Positions 23,105-36,658 of a stretch of DNA of 64,000 nucleotides are shown piece by piece (within the stretch, counting starts at the first letter, position 1; each line of letters opens with the position of its first letter). Both the position numbers and the translations under genes were made by a program. The notes beneath the pieces are model-generated. The model saw only the letters and a list, made by a program, of their open reading frames with translations. It ran no database searches and was not told the DNA's origin. This DNA is from Haplodiscus bocki (taxonomy: Eukaryota): the NCBI GenBank assembly GCA_965655095.1, contig OZ296656.1, positions 1,798,001-1,862,000 of the forward strand, in the 5' to 3' direction.

Positions 23105-23714
23105 AAAAAATCGTCATAACCGTCATTATTTTCGGCAATTTGGCCAAAACATTTTTTCGCTGCAAAATTATTTTTCTTTTGATACAGGTCCCGTCACGTT
23201 GTGACGAATGCTCACATCACTTTTTTAACATCAACCTGGGAGAAATGACAAAATGCTCGATTTTGGCCTCTTTTTGACAAATTTGAAAGGTCATATCTCC
23301 TAGGGCAAAAGGCCCTGGCCAAAAATTTTTGGCATGTAGGTAGTTAACAGCAAATGTGCTTCACACAAAAAATTTGGGTCCAATGCTATGGGTAAAGTGT
23401 GGAGATATTGCGGGAAAAACATCGAAACCTGCCAAAAAACAGGATCATTGCGTCATATCTCCCCAACCAAAAGAAAAAAAATGATGTAAGTGCCAAAAAT
23501 CTTCATACATCGGCGGACTCTATCCACATGCAAAGTTTCATCAAAATCGTATGGTTAGGTTTCGAGATCGTCTCCTTTTCGGCGGGTTGAGTGTAAGTGT
23601 AAACTTGATTTTTGAAACTCGGCACAGGGGCCCCTCCCCCGCCTCGTAACAGTTTTGTGTCGCTAAAAAGCTTGACCACCCAGTGGAGGCGACGGTGAAA
23701 ATTACCAGAAGGCG
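23105..23714 (+). repeat. Conserved terminal block, copy 2 (divergent variant)
   Basis: Same first motif, same length and same last ~90 bp (ends TTACCAGAAGGCG); interior diverged. Confidence 0.85.
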
Positions 23715-23789
23715 TGAGGTTTGAATCGGTGTTTCTTTCGTGTTCAGATTTATTTTCTGCGACAAACGGGCGTAGTCCTGTCATTGTGC

Positions 23790-24590
23790 GTCAGTCAACG
23801 TGAAGCCGTGAAGCAGTATGTTGTCAATTTTTGTGACGAAGACGAAAAATGCCTTTTGGGTGGCAAATATTGACAAAATTATCGTCGTCAATCCTTATTT
23901 CAGATTGTTGTTCTAACTTCTCTGTCTCCTGCATGAGAGGTAACTTTGTTTTCCTGTAGACGCACTGGATTTGCCGATGCAGTTTGGGAAAGGTGCAGTT
24001 AGGCGGTGAATACGAAGGGGCCGGAAGTATGCTGAGCAATGAACAGTTGTTATCTTGGAACAAAATATGTTTTTGTTAAAATTTAAGTTTAACAGTTACT
24101 TTTTAATCTTTTCTTCAGATACCAAAATTCTGGGTTTTTGTCCAATTCATTAGTAAAATTTATCTGTACTTAAAATATGAAAGGTGAGTAAAGTTTTGTT
24201 TTAACTCTAAGTTTTTATCCATACTTTTGCTGTTTCTTTTGGAGCTGTTCCCAGAAATTTTTTTGTCTCATTGCTGTTGTTGTTTCTTTAAACAAAGAAA
24301 AAACTTGACTGGTGTTCAAATACGCACTCCAAAGTTATGTTTGGATTCTGCCTTCGTGGAAAAAACAATAATTGTTTTGTTGTTTCCAATGTTTTCTGCA
24401 GGGATGAACTTGACAATGCAGCTTAGCAATGGGATACTAACATTTAGTGAACAAAAATCAGGATATTGGAAGCGGGTGGTCTCCACGAACCTTAAGCGTT
24501 GTTTGAACCTCGAAAATCACGAGCAAGTTTCTCCAGTTTCTCATACCTATGAGATTCATTTTCAAGGTTTTCAATGATTGTTATAACTTA
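23790..24590 (-). pseudogene. Decayed coding-like frame, possibly tyrosine-recombinase N-terminal half (type B 5' region)
   Basis: Minus-strand remnants LFIAQHTSGPFVFT (~24046-24005) and RHKN (HKN 23835-23827) resemble the box I and HK motifs of type A; many stops. Confidence 0.3.
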
Positions 24591-26971
24591 CATTGGTTTT
24601 TTGAAAAATGTGTCTGATTAATATCAACCACCCCTTCCGCCGCTTTCGAAAATGAATTTCTGAATAGTTTTGTTGAATGAAATTTTAATGTTCAAAAAAA
24701 AGAGGCAACGGAATGATGACTTGTTTTTGATCGACACCAAATGCTATTTTTTTTCCGGGCTCAGGTGGAGTTTTTTATTGGAAACGTTGCACTACGCATC
24801 TGGTAGGTAATTTATTTTTTTGTTGTTTTGTATTTTAATGGATAACACGATTCATCACAAGCATTTCTTCAATTAAGGCTTCCTGCGCTGTAGCTGCTTC
24901 TTTTTGTTTGAATCAAGCGTTTCTTGACGGGAAAGGTCCGGTTTCCCCTTGTGTTGGCATGAAGTTTCACTAACCAATAATGTTTTTCAATCAGCACATA
25001 AGTAGAAAAGTAAAGATGGCTACTGCACGCTTCCTCGTGGCTTCATGTTTTCGCGTTAATTCGCTTTCTTCATTTGTTTACAACGTTGTCCGAGCCAATT
25101 TTCCCTAAATAATTACGTTTTTTATTCATGGCTTCCCATTGACATGACTGTCCTGCTTTTACGGTCAACATTTTTAAGAAAAGCACCCAACCTTTTTTTT
25201 CCGCAATAATGTCTTCCTAAAAATAATTTCCTTTTTTGAAGACTGTACTGACAATTCGAAATTTCCGATATTTTCGCGAAACTAATAAGTTTCGTTTGTC
25301 CAGATTGAGTAACGAACGGGGCATTTCCTCAGCTACTTAATTCCATCACTTGTTCAACATTTTACCGAATTTCAGATTCGTCCTTCCCTTCTTTGACTTT
25401 TTCTTCCTGATTTTAAATTATAGAATTTCCAGAAGCAAATTATTGTTTTTTATTGTAGAGCTTATTATTTTATTCACAATGTTTTTCTAATTTTGCTAAT
25501 TCCCATCCTGATACTCTGATCCCCCAGAGTCATTTGGAATTTTGGTGGACGGAAGGCAATTCACTTCTGCAACCTTATGCTAGTTCTCTTACGACTGTTC
25601 ACATTAGCATATGTTTCTCCGCAGACATATATAAAACATCGTTAATGTTTGTAAAGTGATTGATTAAAAATAAAAACCTATTTCATCTTTAACTTCATAA
25701 ATATCTTTTATATGCGTAACTTTTTCTCACACGCAATGGCTGGCTTTGGCAGCCTTTTTCTGCGGAATAATATTTCCGTTAACTGCCAATTTTCTCACTT
25801 GGACTAGCCTGGTTGTTTAAAAGTCAATGCTTTCGAATCTTAAGGTCCACTTTGAGGCTCTTTCTTTCCTGCAGTGAAGATTTTATGAAATGGCTCCACT
25901 GCCAGAAATTCAAAATTTCAAATATGCTTTACTTGTAAAAGATCATCGGGAAGTGGATGTTCATCTAATTGTCAGTAGACGGAATCAAGACAATAAGAAG
26001 CCAAGGCGGGATAGCCATATTGATCAATGACTTTAACCGATTCAATTTTTCAAGTTCAATATGCAAACTATATCACAACGATTAACTGTGTCTGAATGAT
26101 GCTAGGCAGTTGGAATTGCACACAACTATGGCACTTTTTGAACATCCTTGATCCATTCTTTCTATGTTTTCATCAAGAGATTTCGTATCTGGAGCCTTGA
26201 AATTTTCCCCTCTGTTCCATCAACGTGCCTGTTCATCTATCACCGTTAACGAAAGGACATGAAATAAAACAACGAATAGAGTTTGCGGAATTTGTTACTA
26301 AGCTCTTGATTTCAAGAAGCTTTCCAACGTTGAAGTAATTTAAAAAAAATACTAAATTCATTTTTATGACGCCTAAAGACTGTCAGTAGTGGTTTACGTT
26401 GTGTATTTCAATGAAATAGGCCGTGAATATATGATTTTGAGAATTTGTCGGAGAGAAAAGGTGAATTCGACGGAGAATGATGGAAATGTAGAGCTTCCCA
26501 TTGTTCCTCCCAACTGAAACAAAATTTGTACCAACAATTATCTGTACCCCCTTATTTGTATGAAATTGTTATTGGATGCTTTTTTTAGACTGTCAAATTC
26601 TTGAGCTTTTTCGTATCTTAAATCTGGTCTCTTTTCGTCTTCTATACGACATTTTCTTCGAAACCTAGACTGATCTTTTCAACTTTACATCTGTTAAAAC
26701 AAGCTACTTACTTCATAGATGAAACAAAGGTACTGATTTTTTTGGGCCCTTGAATATAAAGTTTTTTTACCTGCAAAAACTGAATTGAATTGATGCCTGG
26801 TTTACACCAGTGAAAAAGACTACGAACCTCTGAAAACTTTGTTGGGTCTTAATTTACCCAACTTCAGTTACTTGGTGCCATTTTTTGCAAAAAGTTTTCA
26901 AGTTCCTAAGTGTTTTGTGAAACTGAAAAATTACGTTGTGTTCGATTGAAGTCAATACAACTGCTGAGGAA

Positions 26972-27009
26972 GCCTTGGTTTTGCTCCTGTGCGTTCGCAA
27001 AACCAAGGC
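26972..27009. other. Conserved 13-bp inverted repeat, 12-nt spacer
   Basis: GCCTTGGTTTTGC-tcctgtgcgttc-GCAAAACCAAGGC. Confidence 0.9.
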
Positions 27010-27270
27010 GTCTGGTTTATGAATGGTTGGAATTGAATTATGATTTTTTACAGTACTGCCTTATCTTTTTCGCGGCATCGAACCTGAAATTTAATTAGGC
27101 AGGCAACGGTTTGTAATTGAACCGTAAAAGACTTCGCTCAAACGACAATTTGATGTATTTACCTATTATACGAATTTCCCTGCTAATTCTTCAACGTGTG
27201 TTTGTATTGTAACATCTTGTTTTTTCATATAGTCATGATCCCACTGAATTAATGTCTGTTGTGTTTTACA

Positions 27271-30200
27271 ATGTCAAAACAAAACAACAAAGGAAACTTG
27301 AAGCGTCGTCGTTGTACTTCCTGTGGACAATTTGTTGGAGAACATCATGTGTGTGCAAAATCAATTGAGCTGGAACTTCAGGTCAACGAGCCTTTATGAA
27401 TTTTATACAAAATTCCCGATGCATCAGTTGCTGTGTCACCTACCGCGAGAACGGAGATACACAGCTCGCTGAACACTTTGGGGTTGATGGACTTTTTAAA
27501 GCCTACAAAAACAGCTATCGGAAACGATACAGTTATCTGCTCCATGCAGCCAGTCCGGGTAACAGCAGTGCTTGGGGACGGTAATTGCCTTTTTTCTTCT
27601 CTGGCAGTTGCTCTGGGACTGTCACATGAATGTGGCCCAATCATACGTAACATTATTGTCAGCCACATGAATTTAATCAGTTTCCCCCCTAATAGCCTGC
27701 AAACATCTGTTTACTCCGATGACTTTCCCAACCAACATCGTGTTTTGAGTTGTACTTCCGTCGATGAGTACCTCCGCGAATCTAGAATGGCAGAAAATGG
27801 TGTTTTTGGAAGCTGTGTAGAAATATATTCATTTTGCCAAATCTTCAAAGTAGATGTTTTTTTGTACCATGTTCCATTCAAATCCTGGATGATTTATGAA
27901 TGTTCCTCCAACGTAAATAGAAAAGGAATTTTCATTCAACAAAACCGGAATGCAAATCACTTCGAGGTGATAACAGAGCTGGTTTCAATTGGTCCTGAAA
28001 GCTCCAGCTTATCGCAAGTTGCATCAATTAATCGCCCTCCTTCTCAATCAAGCGAAACTAATCATTGGAGTCAAGCCTTGCAGAACTGCGAAGGAACTGA
28101 AACTGAACCAGCTTCGAAAAAAAGCAAAGTCAATTCTGATTACACCTGGGAAGAGCACCCTGACCCGCTCGCATTAAGTCTCTTCGCCAATTCTGTATCT
28201 ACCAAAATGAAGAAACTTTCGGCCTTGGAAACATTATCAACAAATTCAACGAACCTCCCAAAGAACGATTGTTCACAAATGCTGGAACCCCCATGTTTTG
28301 ACTTTTCCCCAACAGATAGTGTTTCAGGAAATATGCACACGAACGGCGAGTGCCCAAATTTGGGCGGATGTGACTGTTGCGCAAAATGCATGCGCCAGTC
28401 AACAGTTCTTTACCCTTTAAAGTTGAAGAGGAAGAATAAATTTGATCTTAAAAACCGTGTGTTTGGAAACAAGCTAACGGAGCCCATTGTTGTTTTATGT
28501 AAGCTCTGTCTTCTCTATTGCACAACCGAAAGTTATGATTGGTACAATGCTTGGCCCTCTGTGTTTTTCAGCCTATTGAGTGATCAAGACATGCCAGTTA
28601 GAACCCAAATGGATATTTTGTCTTTGTTACCTTGGGAATTGAGACAGCAGTGGATGACATCCATGCACTACTTTCCCCTGTGCGTTCAAAGATGTCTAAG
28701 TCGGAAACGGATTGCTGGGAAATGTTCCGTTGATGGGACGCTTCGTTTGCGTCGTTTCCACGAACTCATGAAAACCTTGAAGCAGACTAACATTGCTCTT
28801 GCCCTGGACAATGAACCTTATCCCAACGTCCGCTGCCCATATGGGTGCTGGTGTTTCATTGAAGAATCAGGTTGGATACCCGCAAATCACTTCATCAATC
28901 TTTTTGAAAGAAACTTTACCTCGTTTCAGTCCTCCAGCTTCCTGCATCTAAGAGGAATTAGGTCCGACTTTTTGACACCATTTGTGTCCCTGCGCCAGTT
29001 CTTAGTAGCGACTACAGTGCGAGTTGATGAAAAAGCGGGACTCGTGGTTCAGGCTTGCTCCAGGCACTCAAGAGGCTCCAGTGTGCAGTACTTTCATCCG
29101 CCATCACATCCTTCGCTGGTGCGAACTACAGTGATTTATGAAGAACGTCTTAGTGCCATCGCACCCACATTGTCGTTCATCTCAAGCATAAAAGCCAACT
29201 TCGCCAGTCATACGTACCAATTGCTAAGAAGTGTTGGCTTTTACAGTGGAATGAGCACAGTCCGATTGAAGCGGAAAACGCGCTGGGATGTCACTAGTGA
29301 CATTTTGTATCATGCTGAAGGCGTCGCTTGTCATTTCAGAGAAGACATCAAAACAATGATTCGTGAGTGGGTAAGACAGGGTAAAATCCTTGATGACGTA
29401 GCTTCGGGAATGCTGGATTATGTACCGGACAAAAAGAAAGTCAACAGTTGTTTGTCACAGGCCACTTCAATAGACTTACAAACATGCCTGAACCTCACGA
29501 AAATAGTGGAAATGAATGAAAAAGAATATCTCAACAATGTTGAGTCGTTGAGTTGTTACACTCTCGTTCATGGAAATGATGATTACGGCTGCTCTCCACC
29601 TCCTCTGGAAAATAGAGTAAGCATAGTATCGTGGATTGTGCAGGCTGCAGTTTGTGTTTCCCCAATACTTTGTCGATCCTTAGTGAACTCATCAAAATAC
29701 AGTGTGACACTTAGGCCTTTGTTCACTTTACTCAGGAAAGTGTTGCTTGGCACCGCAAGAATGAATACAGCAAAAGTTTTATGGCTTGTTAGAGAATCCG
29801 AACAAGCAGTCTCAGCTGTCATAGAACAAACTAACACTGATGACAAAACAGAGGGAACAACCGACTGTTGTTGTTTTGTAGGAGCAAGGTTTCTTTCAGA
29901 AATTTGTGACACCATTCAACACGTTCCCTTAAACAAACGGAAGAATATCGGTTCAGCCACAACAGAGCAAATTTCGTACAACATGACTCATGCCATTTTT
30001 ACGACAGGTTCCCCAAAAAATTTGCGGAACAAGGTGAAACCACCGTTAACCCTGATTATTTCCGACAATGAATTCGAATTGATTGCAGTTGGAACGAAGG
30101 ATGGAAGCAGCAAGGGAGAACCGAGGTGGTTGGTTAGACATGGAGGGAGGTTTCAGGGGTTTTGGCTCATTGAGAAAAGTAAAAAATTTGCCACAAAAAC

Positions 30201-33200
30201 AGAAGGCTCTCCGACTGATGCCCTGGAAACTTTCATTCGGGGTTATTGGACAATTGCAATTTATCAAAAGTCAAGAAATGTTGAATTGATTGATTTGAAG
30301 TGGAAATTTCTGAGCACTTTGACAGGTCAGGGTATTTTTATTTGTGCACATCACACAATTCCTTTAACAAGAGATTTCAGAAACAGTGGTTTCCAATGTA
30401 GATGTAATCGTGCATCGTTTTTGCGCTGCCCGCATTTGCAGTGCTACTCTTGCGTTTGCAAGCGTCACTTCAATGAAGGTCTACAGCAGCAACACAGACG
30501 TATTTTAATTGATTCAGTACCGTTGGAGAAGTTAAATAAAACTAATTCCCCTTCTCTGGTATCGGAATCATCTTCGTCACGGGATTTTATTGAGCCCAAC
30601 AGCATGCCTGCAAATGAACCAATTCAACCAGATGCGGCAGCAGAAACGCTTGACATTGCATCAAGCAACAGTTCGTCCGTCAGTTATATTGTTCATCCGG
30701 AAACAAATGACGAAGAATTCGAAGATGACAACTTGAGAATAATGGCTACATTAAAAACCAACTCAGATGAAAAACTGATTTCCGTGGATCTTGAACGAAA
30801 AGAAGATGCCTTCAAACTACCGCTCCATATTCTTTTAAACTCACAATGCAATCTTCTTTATCGACGTAACGGGAATCCAATCAGCCTTTCTCTGAAAGAA
30901 AAACGTTTCCTGGAAAATATTTCAGCTGTTTCGACGTCTGCATTACCGCTCATTCAACCCGAAGCTCTTCTTTTTCCATCGATTTTTTGGTGTCAAGCTA
31001 GCAGCGGCAGTTTTCCAGGAGCAATACCAACGGCTTTATACAATTCATCCAAGTACAACAAACAGCTGGGTTTCGCCGGTTTGGATGACATGCTTCGAAC
31101 TCGAATCAAGGACGGCTCTCTTTTGACATCTTGCAATCCTACTTATTTGCAGTATGTGTTTGATTGCCTCTTGAACATGCAGCTTCATAAAAGTGACATT
31201 AGGATAATACTAAATCGAGGATGGCAAGAAGTTAATTCGGTTCCTCATAATTGCTCTTTTCTTTCGACTCAAACTTTCAAGTTTGATTGTGCCGAAAGTC
31301 GAAAAAATGTCTGCGAACTTGCGGCTTTGATTAGAGACAAAAATCCAACCTACTTTGTGACATACACTTGTAGTCAATCGACCCACCCGGGGATTCGCAA
31401 AATCTTTGAAGCACTGCATGAAATGTATCCCGCAGAAACCACTCCAAAGGAAGTACTTGCAGCAGCAATTCAAGCTGAGCTCATGCCCATGCTCAGGTCT
31501 TGGTACCGCGCCTCTCAATATGTAATGGAATGGGTGAAAAATTCACCAGAAGAACCACTTGGTCCTGTGTCTCATATTTGGATGAGGTACGAATGGCAAG
31601 AAGAGACAGCTGGCTTTCCACACTTGCATGCTATATTGTGCACACCAGAAGATAAATTTAGTGATGATGTACGACCTCGAGTTTGCTGTTCAAAACAAAC
31701 GTTTTTGGGTGGCTTAGAAGTCAGTTGCCCCGAATTGAACGCAGTCGAACGTTTCCAACTGGGTGAACTTTACCAAAAGTATCAAACCCATAACTGTTCG
31801 AAAGGCCGTAAACGTTGCCATAAGAAGACAGACAGGCTGGACAAACCAATTTGTCGTGTACCTAAATATCCTCCTTCGAATTGTTTTTCTTTCAAGGAAA
31901 TTCCTGTGAACTTTTCCTGCGAAACAATGGGACTTCTGCGAGAAATGGAACTGGCAGACATAGATGAAAACTCGCTATTCCCAAAAGTGAAAGATCCTTT
32001 AACGGCCGGAAAACATCATTATCCCACTGTTTCTAACGAACATTATTCACCAACGAACGCTGCTCTTTTTGCTTTGACACAATCCAGCACCAATGTTCAA
32101 ATATGTGACGACTACATGGCCCCCCGCTACGTTGCAAAATATGCAGCCGGCATTGAATCTCGAGCAGTTGCCAAAATTGTTGCTGGTGAAACAGAAAATA
32201 GTGTCAAAGTTTTAACAGAACCAATCGCACATGAAAAAATAGCTGGGGTACAGGCTTCGCAAAAGAAAATGAGAGGCGATGAAAAACAAAAATCGGTAAC
32301 TGGTCGTGTGGTCAGCATAACAGAGTGTCTCTGGTGGTCCTTACAGCTTCCTTATGTCTGCACAAATGTCGATTTTGTTCACGTGCCAACTGTTCCCAAA
32401 GAAAATCGATCTGGAATTATCACTGAAAAACGCTTTAGCAATAAAATTAAGTTGGGCGCCACGTTTATGGAAGGAATCCGAGTTCGGAAACACGTTTTAC
32501 AACTTCCAAAGCACCGGCAGTTCACAAGAACACAAAGTTTTCTTCTTGCAGATGTTGAAAACAGCTCTATTTCGCCAGACAAAGTAACAGTTTTTGGACT
32601 CCGCCCACCTGAACTTTTGTTTGTCTCGAAGTTAAAAAATTACTACAGTTGGTTTGTTCGTTGTAAACCGCAAACAAAAAAATCCATCAGCAATCATGAA
32701 GTGTTCTTGAAGAGAAGCTTCCGCAGAAGTTGTTGGGTTGATGCATTGGGGTATTTGGTTAAACTACGCCCTTGTTCAGTGGACGCTTTCGTAAATTTCT
32801 GTCGTGCAAATGGTACCGATGGACGGGATGGGATTCTGAAACGCGAAATGCGAATACACATTGTTCCGTTGCTTGTGACGAAAAAAGCATCACAATTTGT
32901 TGCTCACTGGAAGCAGTTGTCCGAAGAAGATGCCGTGGTTGTTTTCAGTAACGTTTTGCCGAATAACCCAACTAAATTTCTACTACATGTGCTCTTGACT
33001 AATGGAGAATTTGACACAGAGATGGAGATTCTGAACGTGCAGTCTTTCAAAGAAGCTTTCACAACAGCTAAAATTATTCCAAGCTGTAACATAAACGCCA
33101 AGACCGTGCAAAATTTAACACGGAATTATTTGCTGAAACAGCTGCGTTTTGTACCTGGGTCCTCGAAACTAATTGACAAATACCTTTTAATGGCTCACAG

Positions 33201-35328
33201 TGTTCTTTCAGAGGCTCTGTTAGTAAACAGCCTTTATTTCGCTGCTGCGCTACCGCCTGTGCTGGACAGAAGTGTCATTGAAGAATACGAAGAATCACTA
33301 GCAGTGCAAATCAGTATGGAAAAATGCAAAATGGTAGCTTTTCTTCACACTTGTCAGAAACAATTACCTACTGAGCAGGCGATGCTAGATGCAACCATCA
33401 CCGTCCCTTTACCTTGGAAACCAGTCATTCAGAAAAGCCCGGATCAATGTCGAAACTCTTATACGGAACAGAAGAGTGTATTAAACAAACTGTTGAGTTC
33501 CATCGACATTTATAAAGAAGGACTTTGCAGTTTCATCAGGCATCAAATTGTCTTTGGACCTCCAGGAAGTGGGAAAAATTTCGTTGTGCTAAAATCGCTT
33601 GCATATGCTTTATGCCAAGGTCTCAACTGTGTAGTGACATCTTTGGCTGCTGAAAGATCTGCCGCTTTGGCTGGAAAACATCTGAATGCCCTCATCCCAT
33701 TTCCAGTGGAAAAACACGCTTCTGCAGAATCGCTCTCGAGAACAGCCCTGTCCAACCTACAACGATCTCCTATTAAGAGCCGCTTTCTGTAAAATCTACA
33801 CGTTCTTTTCGTGGAGGAATTGTCAATGATTTCTAGCGAACTTTGGGCTGCCACGGATTATGTGCTTCAGGTTATCACAGCAAATTATGTTCCATTCGGT
33901 GGGAAACTTGTTATTGCAACCGGAGATTTCTTCCAACTTCCTCCACCATCAGGATCTTGTTTGATGAGTTCTTCTTTTCCTCTCACAACGTTCACTTTTC
34001 TCAAACTGGAAAATTTCGTTCGCATGCAAAACAAAAATGGCCAAGAACTGTTGTCTTTGTTGTCAGCGACTCCAAAAACTGACGGCAATGCGAGGCGTAT
34101 CTGGGAAATTATCGGTAAAGGTTGCAATTTTGTCCATTCATGGAAAGACGTGCCGAATGATAGAATTCGAATTTTTGCCACTCGACAAGCAGAACGTAAA
34201 GCAACTGAAGACAAAATAATCGATGTTAAAAACAGCGGTACCCAATTTTATGAAAATGCGGCAATTGATGAAATGTGCGTTTCAAGCACTGACAACTGGA
34301 CCGAGGCGTCGCCAAGTACATCAAAATTTCTCAACAAAAAGTGTCTTGAACCCCAGTCGTTGTTTCTGTACCCCGGAGCCATTTTACGACTAACAGTGAA
34401 CATGCCATCTATATCCGCGTATCAGGGTCAACTCTGTGTTCTGCTTTCTTTGGATACAATTGAGAATGGCTCTGTGACAATTGCTCTAGCACCAGCTGGT
34501 TGCCGAAGTATTCCACCGCTTGTTGTGATCAAAAACAAATGGCGTTCTGTTGTTATCGGCAAAGAAACTGGTGTTACCTACCGATTAAACCACAAAACGG
34601 TTTGCAGACGAATCCAGTTTCCACTAAAATTATTTGTTGCGTCAACCATTCATAAGACAATGGGTGAAACGCTTCCGATGGTCGCAACCCAAATAGTTGG
34701 ATCGAAAGACTTCGCTTTGTGGCTTCCCGAACAACTCTATGTTGTAATGAGTCGAGTAAGAAGTCTGAATCAGGTGACTTTTGTTGGATCGAAGGAATCT
34801 AACAAACGAGCAGTCTTGGATTTAGTCTGCAAAAATTCGCAATGGGCTGAACTCACGAATGAAATTTTGACTAAAAGTTCCGCTGGTGACCCTACAATTG
34901 ATCATGCAAGAGCATCTCCTTTTCCCCCTTCAATGAGAGAACTACCCGTTCAAAATGTGGGCTTCTGTTACTTGCTCCAAAGTGAACCACAGCAGCACCT
35001 TCTGTACATTGGCTCCACTATGTCGTTAGTGCGTCGTTTGCGAGAGCACAATGCAGGACTGGGTTCCTCCTTCACCAAGGTACAAAATCGTTTGCCCTGG
35101 ATGGTTTGTGCTTATGTTACTGGTTTCAATTCGATTAATGCTTCAGAGAGAATCCGAGCATTCGAGAAGGAGTGGCTGAATGCGGCAACACACTACGTCA
35201 ACGCAAAAAAGAAAAATGTGTCACTTCCCACAGCTATCAATTTGGGGGAAATTGTCGCAAAAAATTGGCTATACAAAGAAGATGATTTGAAACTAGTAGT
35301 GTGCTGCAGGTCATCAACTGTGTCTTGA
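27271..35328 (+). pseudogene. Rep-helicase-GIY-YIG polyprotein with two nonsense mutations
   Basis: ATG 27271 (MSKQNNKGNLKRRRC). TGA at 27397-27399 (GGA in U4) and TAA at 33790-33792 (CAA in U4). Walker A reads GKN rather than GKT. Otherwise one continuous frame. Confidence 0.92.
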
Positions 35329-35905
35329 AAAGTCATACTTTAGGAGAAAGCTGCCCAAAAACTTATGGATTAGTTTGAGATAATTGTTTTACTTGCACAC
35401 AAACTTCCTTGCCTTGACAGCCATACGCATCGACTGCATAGTGATGCAATGGTGAATTTCTCTTTATGTTATGCTGCAACCGCATCGGCTGCAGAGTGAT
35501 GTACCAAGTAGCACGTGCAGCAACATCAACCTTTTTGCTGGAAAATATAATGCCTCGACTGCATAGTGTTGCATTATCTATTTTGCAGTTGAGATGATTT
35601 GTTGCTAATCACTTGTCTGTGTCTGTTTAATTCATTAGTTTGATGGGATTGACTTTCACTGAACCTGATTTGATGGACTTTGATTTTGGAAGCACTAGAA
35701 AGAGTCCATTTAAAAAAGCGCCGTTAATTTTGGACAATAGAAATCAGCTAACTTTCAAGTTTTTTCGGGAAAAAAATATAATCATACGTTAAATGACGAA
35801 TTTTGACATTGTTGATTGAAGCACTCTTGTTACTGTATCCCCGTATTCGGGGATGATACCTGAAGCTGCAGAAACCGACGTTTTTCACAGTGCTTCCAGA
35901 TCATT

Positions 35906-36658
35906 ATGGCTCATTTGATCATAACCGACTCTCTGGGCGTACAACTGGAAGGTGTGCTTGAAAATTTGGCAGTTAAAAGTTTTCCTGGCGCCAGAGCGGC
36001 GGACCGACGTGTAACGAGTTTCCTGGAAAATTTGCGGCGCCGCTTCCAATCCATTACAATTTTCATTGGAGGGAATGGCCTTTCCAATTGGGGCCGGCGT
36101 CCAGCTGAAAGTCCAGAACAGGTAAAGCTTAAGTGATGGTTCATGGGGTTACTGTTTGCAAAATCAAATTAGACGCTAGTAAAATTTGGAACGTTTTTGT
36201 GTATTGTTAAACCCTTTATTGAAGTACGTTTAGTAAAAATCTAGGAAAACGTTGTTTTCAATAGTAAGTCTTTCTACTGGTACTTTAACTGGTGCTACTT
36301 GCAAACTATAATTGAACCGTAACTTTGTGTTTTTAATATCTCAACAGTACTTCATTTGCTTTTGTTGTTTTATTATTAGGTGTTCCATGATATCTTGAAC
36401 CTTGTGAGAATTGCCGAGAGAAAATGCGACAAAGTATACTGCCTGGGCTTAGTAATGCGAAGCCGACCGTGCTTCCTTGCAGTGAAAGAAATAAACCGAA
36501 TGCTGCGAACATCCATTGGACACTACACTTACGTTTCCGTGTCATCTAAGATGTCATCTGAAAGAAATCTTAAAGACGGAGTGCATCTGTCTCAGCACGG
36601 CGTGACGAACATCCTGTGGATTATAAAAAGACGGATTTTAGGTAACAAATGTGTCTAG
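35906..36658 (+). CDS. SGNH/GDSL-type hydrolase, 2 exons (35906-36121, 36380-36658), 164 aa
   Basis: TDSL, PG, GGNG and DGVH motifs; GT-AG phase-0 intron 36122-36379. Confidence 0.88.

Larger units (their letters stand above)
6820..23714 (+). mobile_element. Unit U2, full length (16,895 bp), most divergent subfamily, three + strand genes open
   Basis: Bounded by GGCG junctions at 6819 and 23714; intact polyprotein, SGNH gene and ORF3. Confidence 0.88.
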
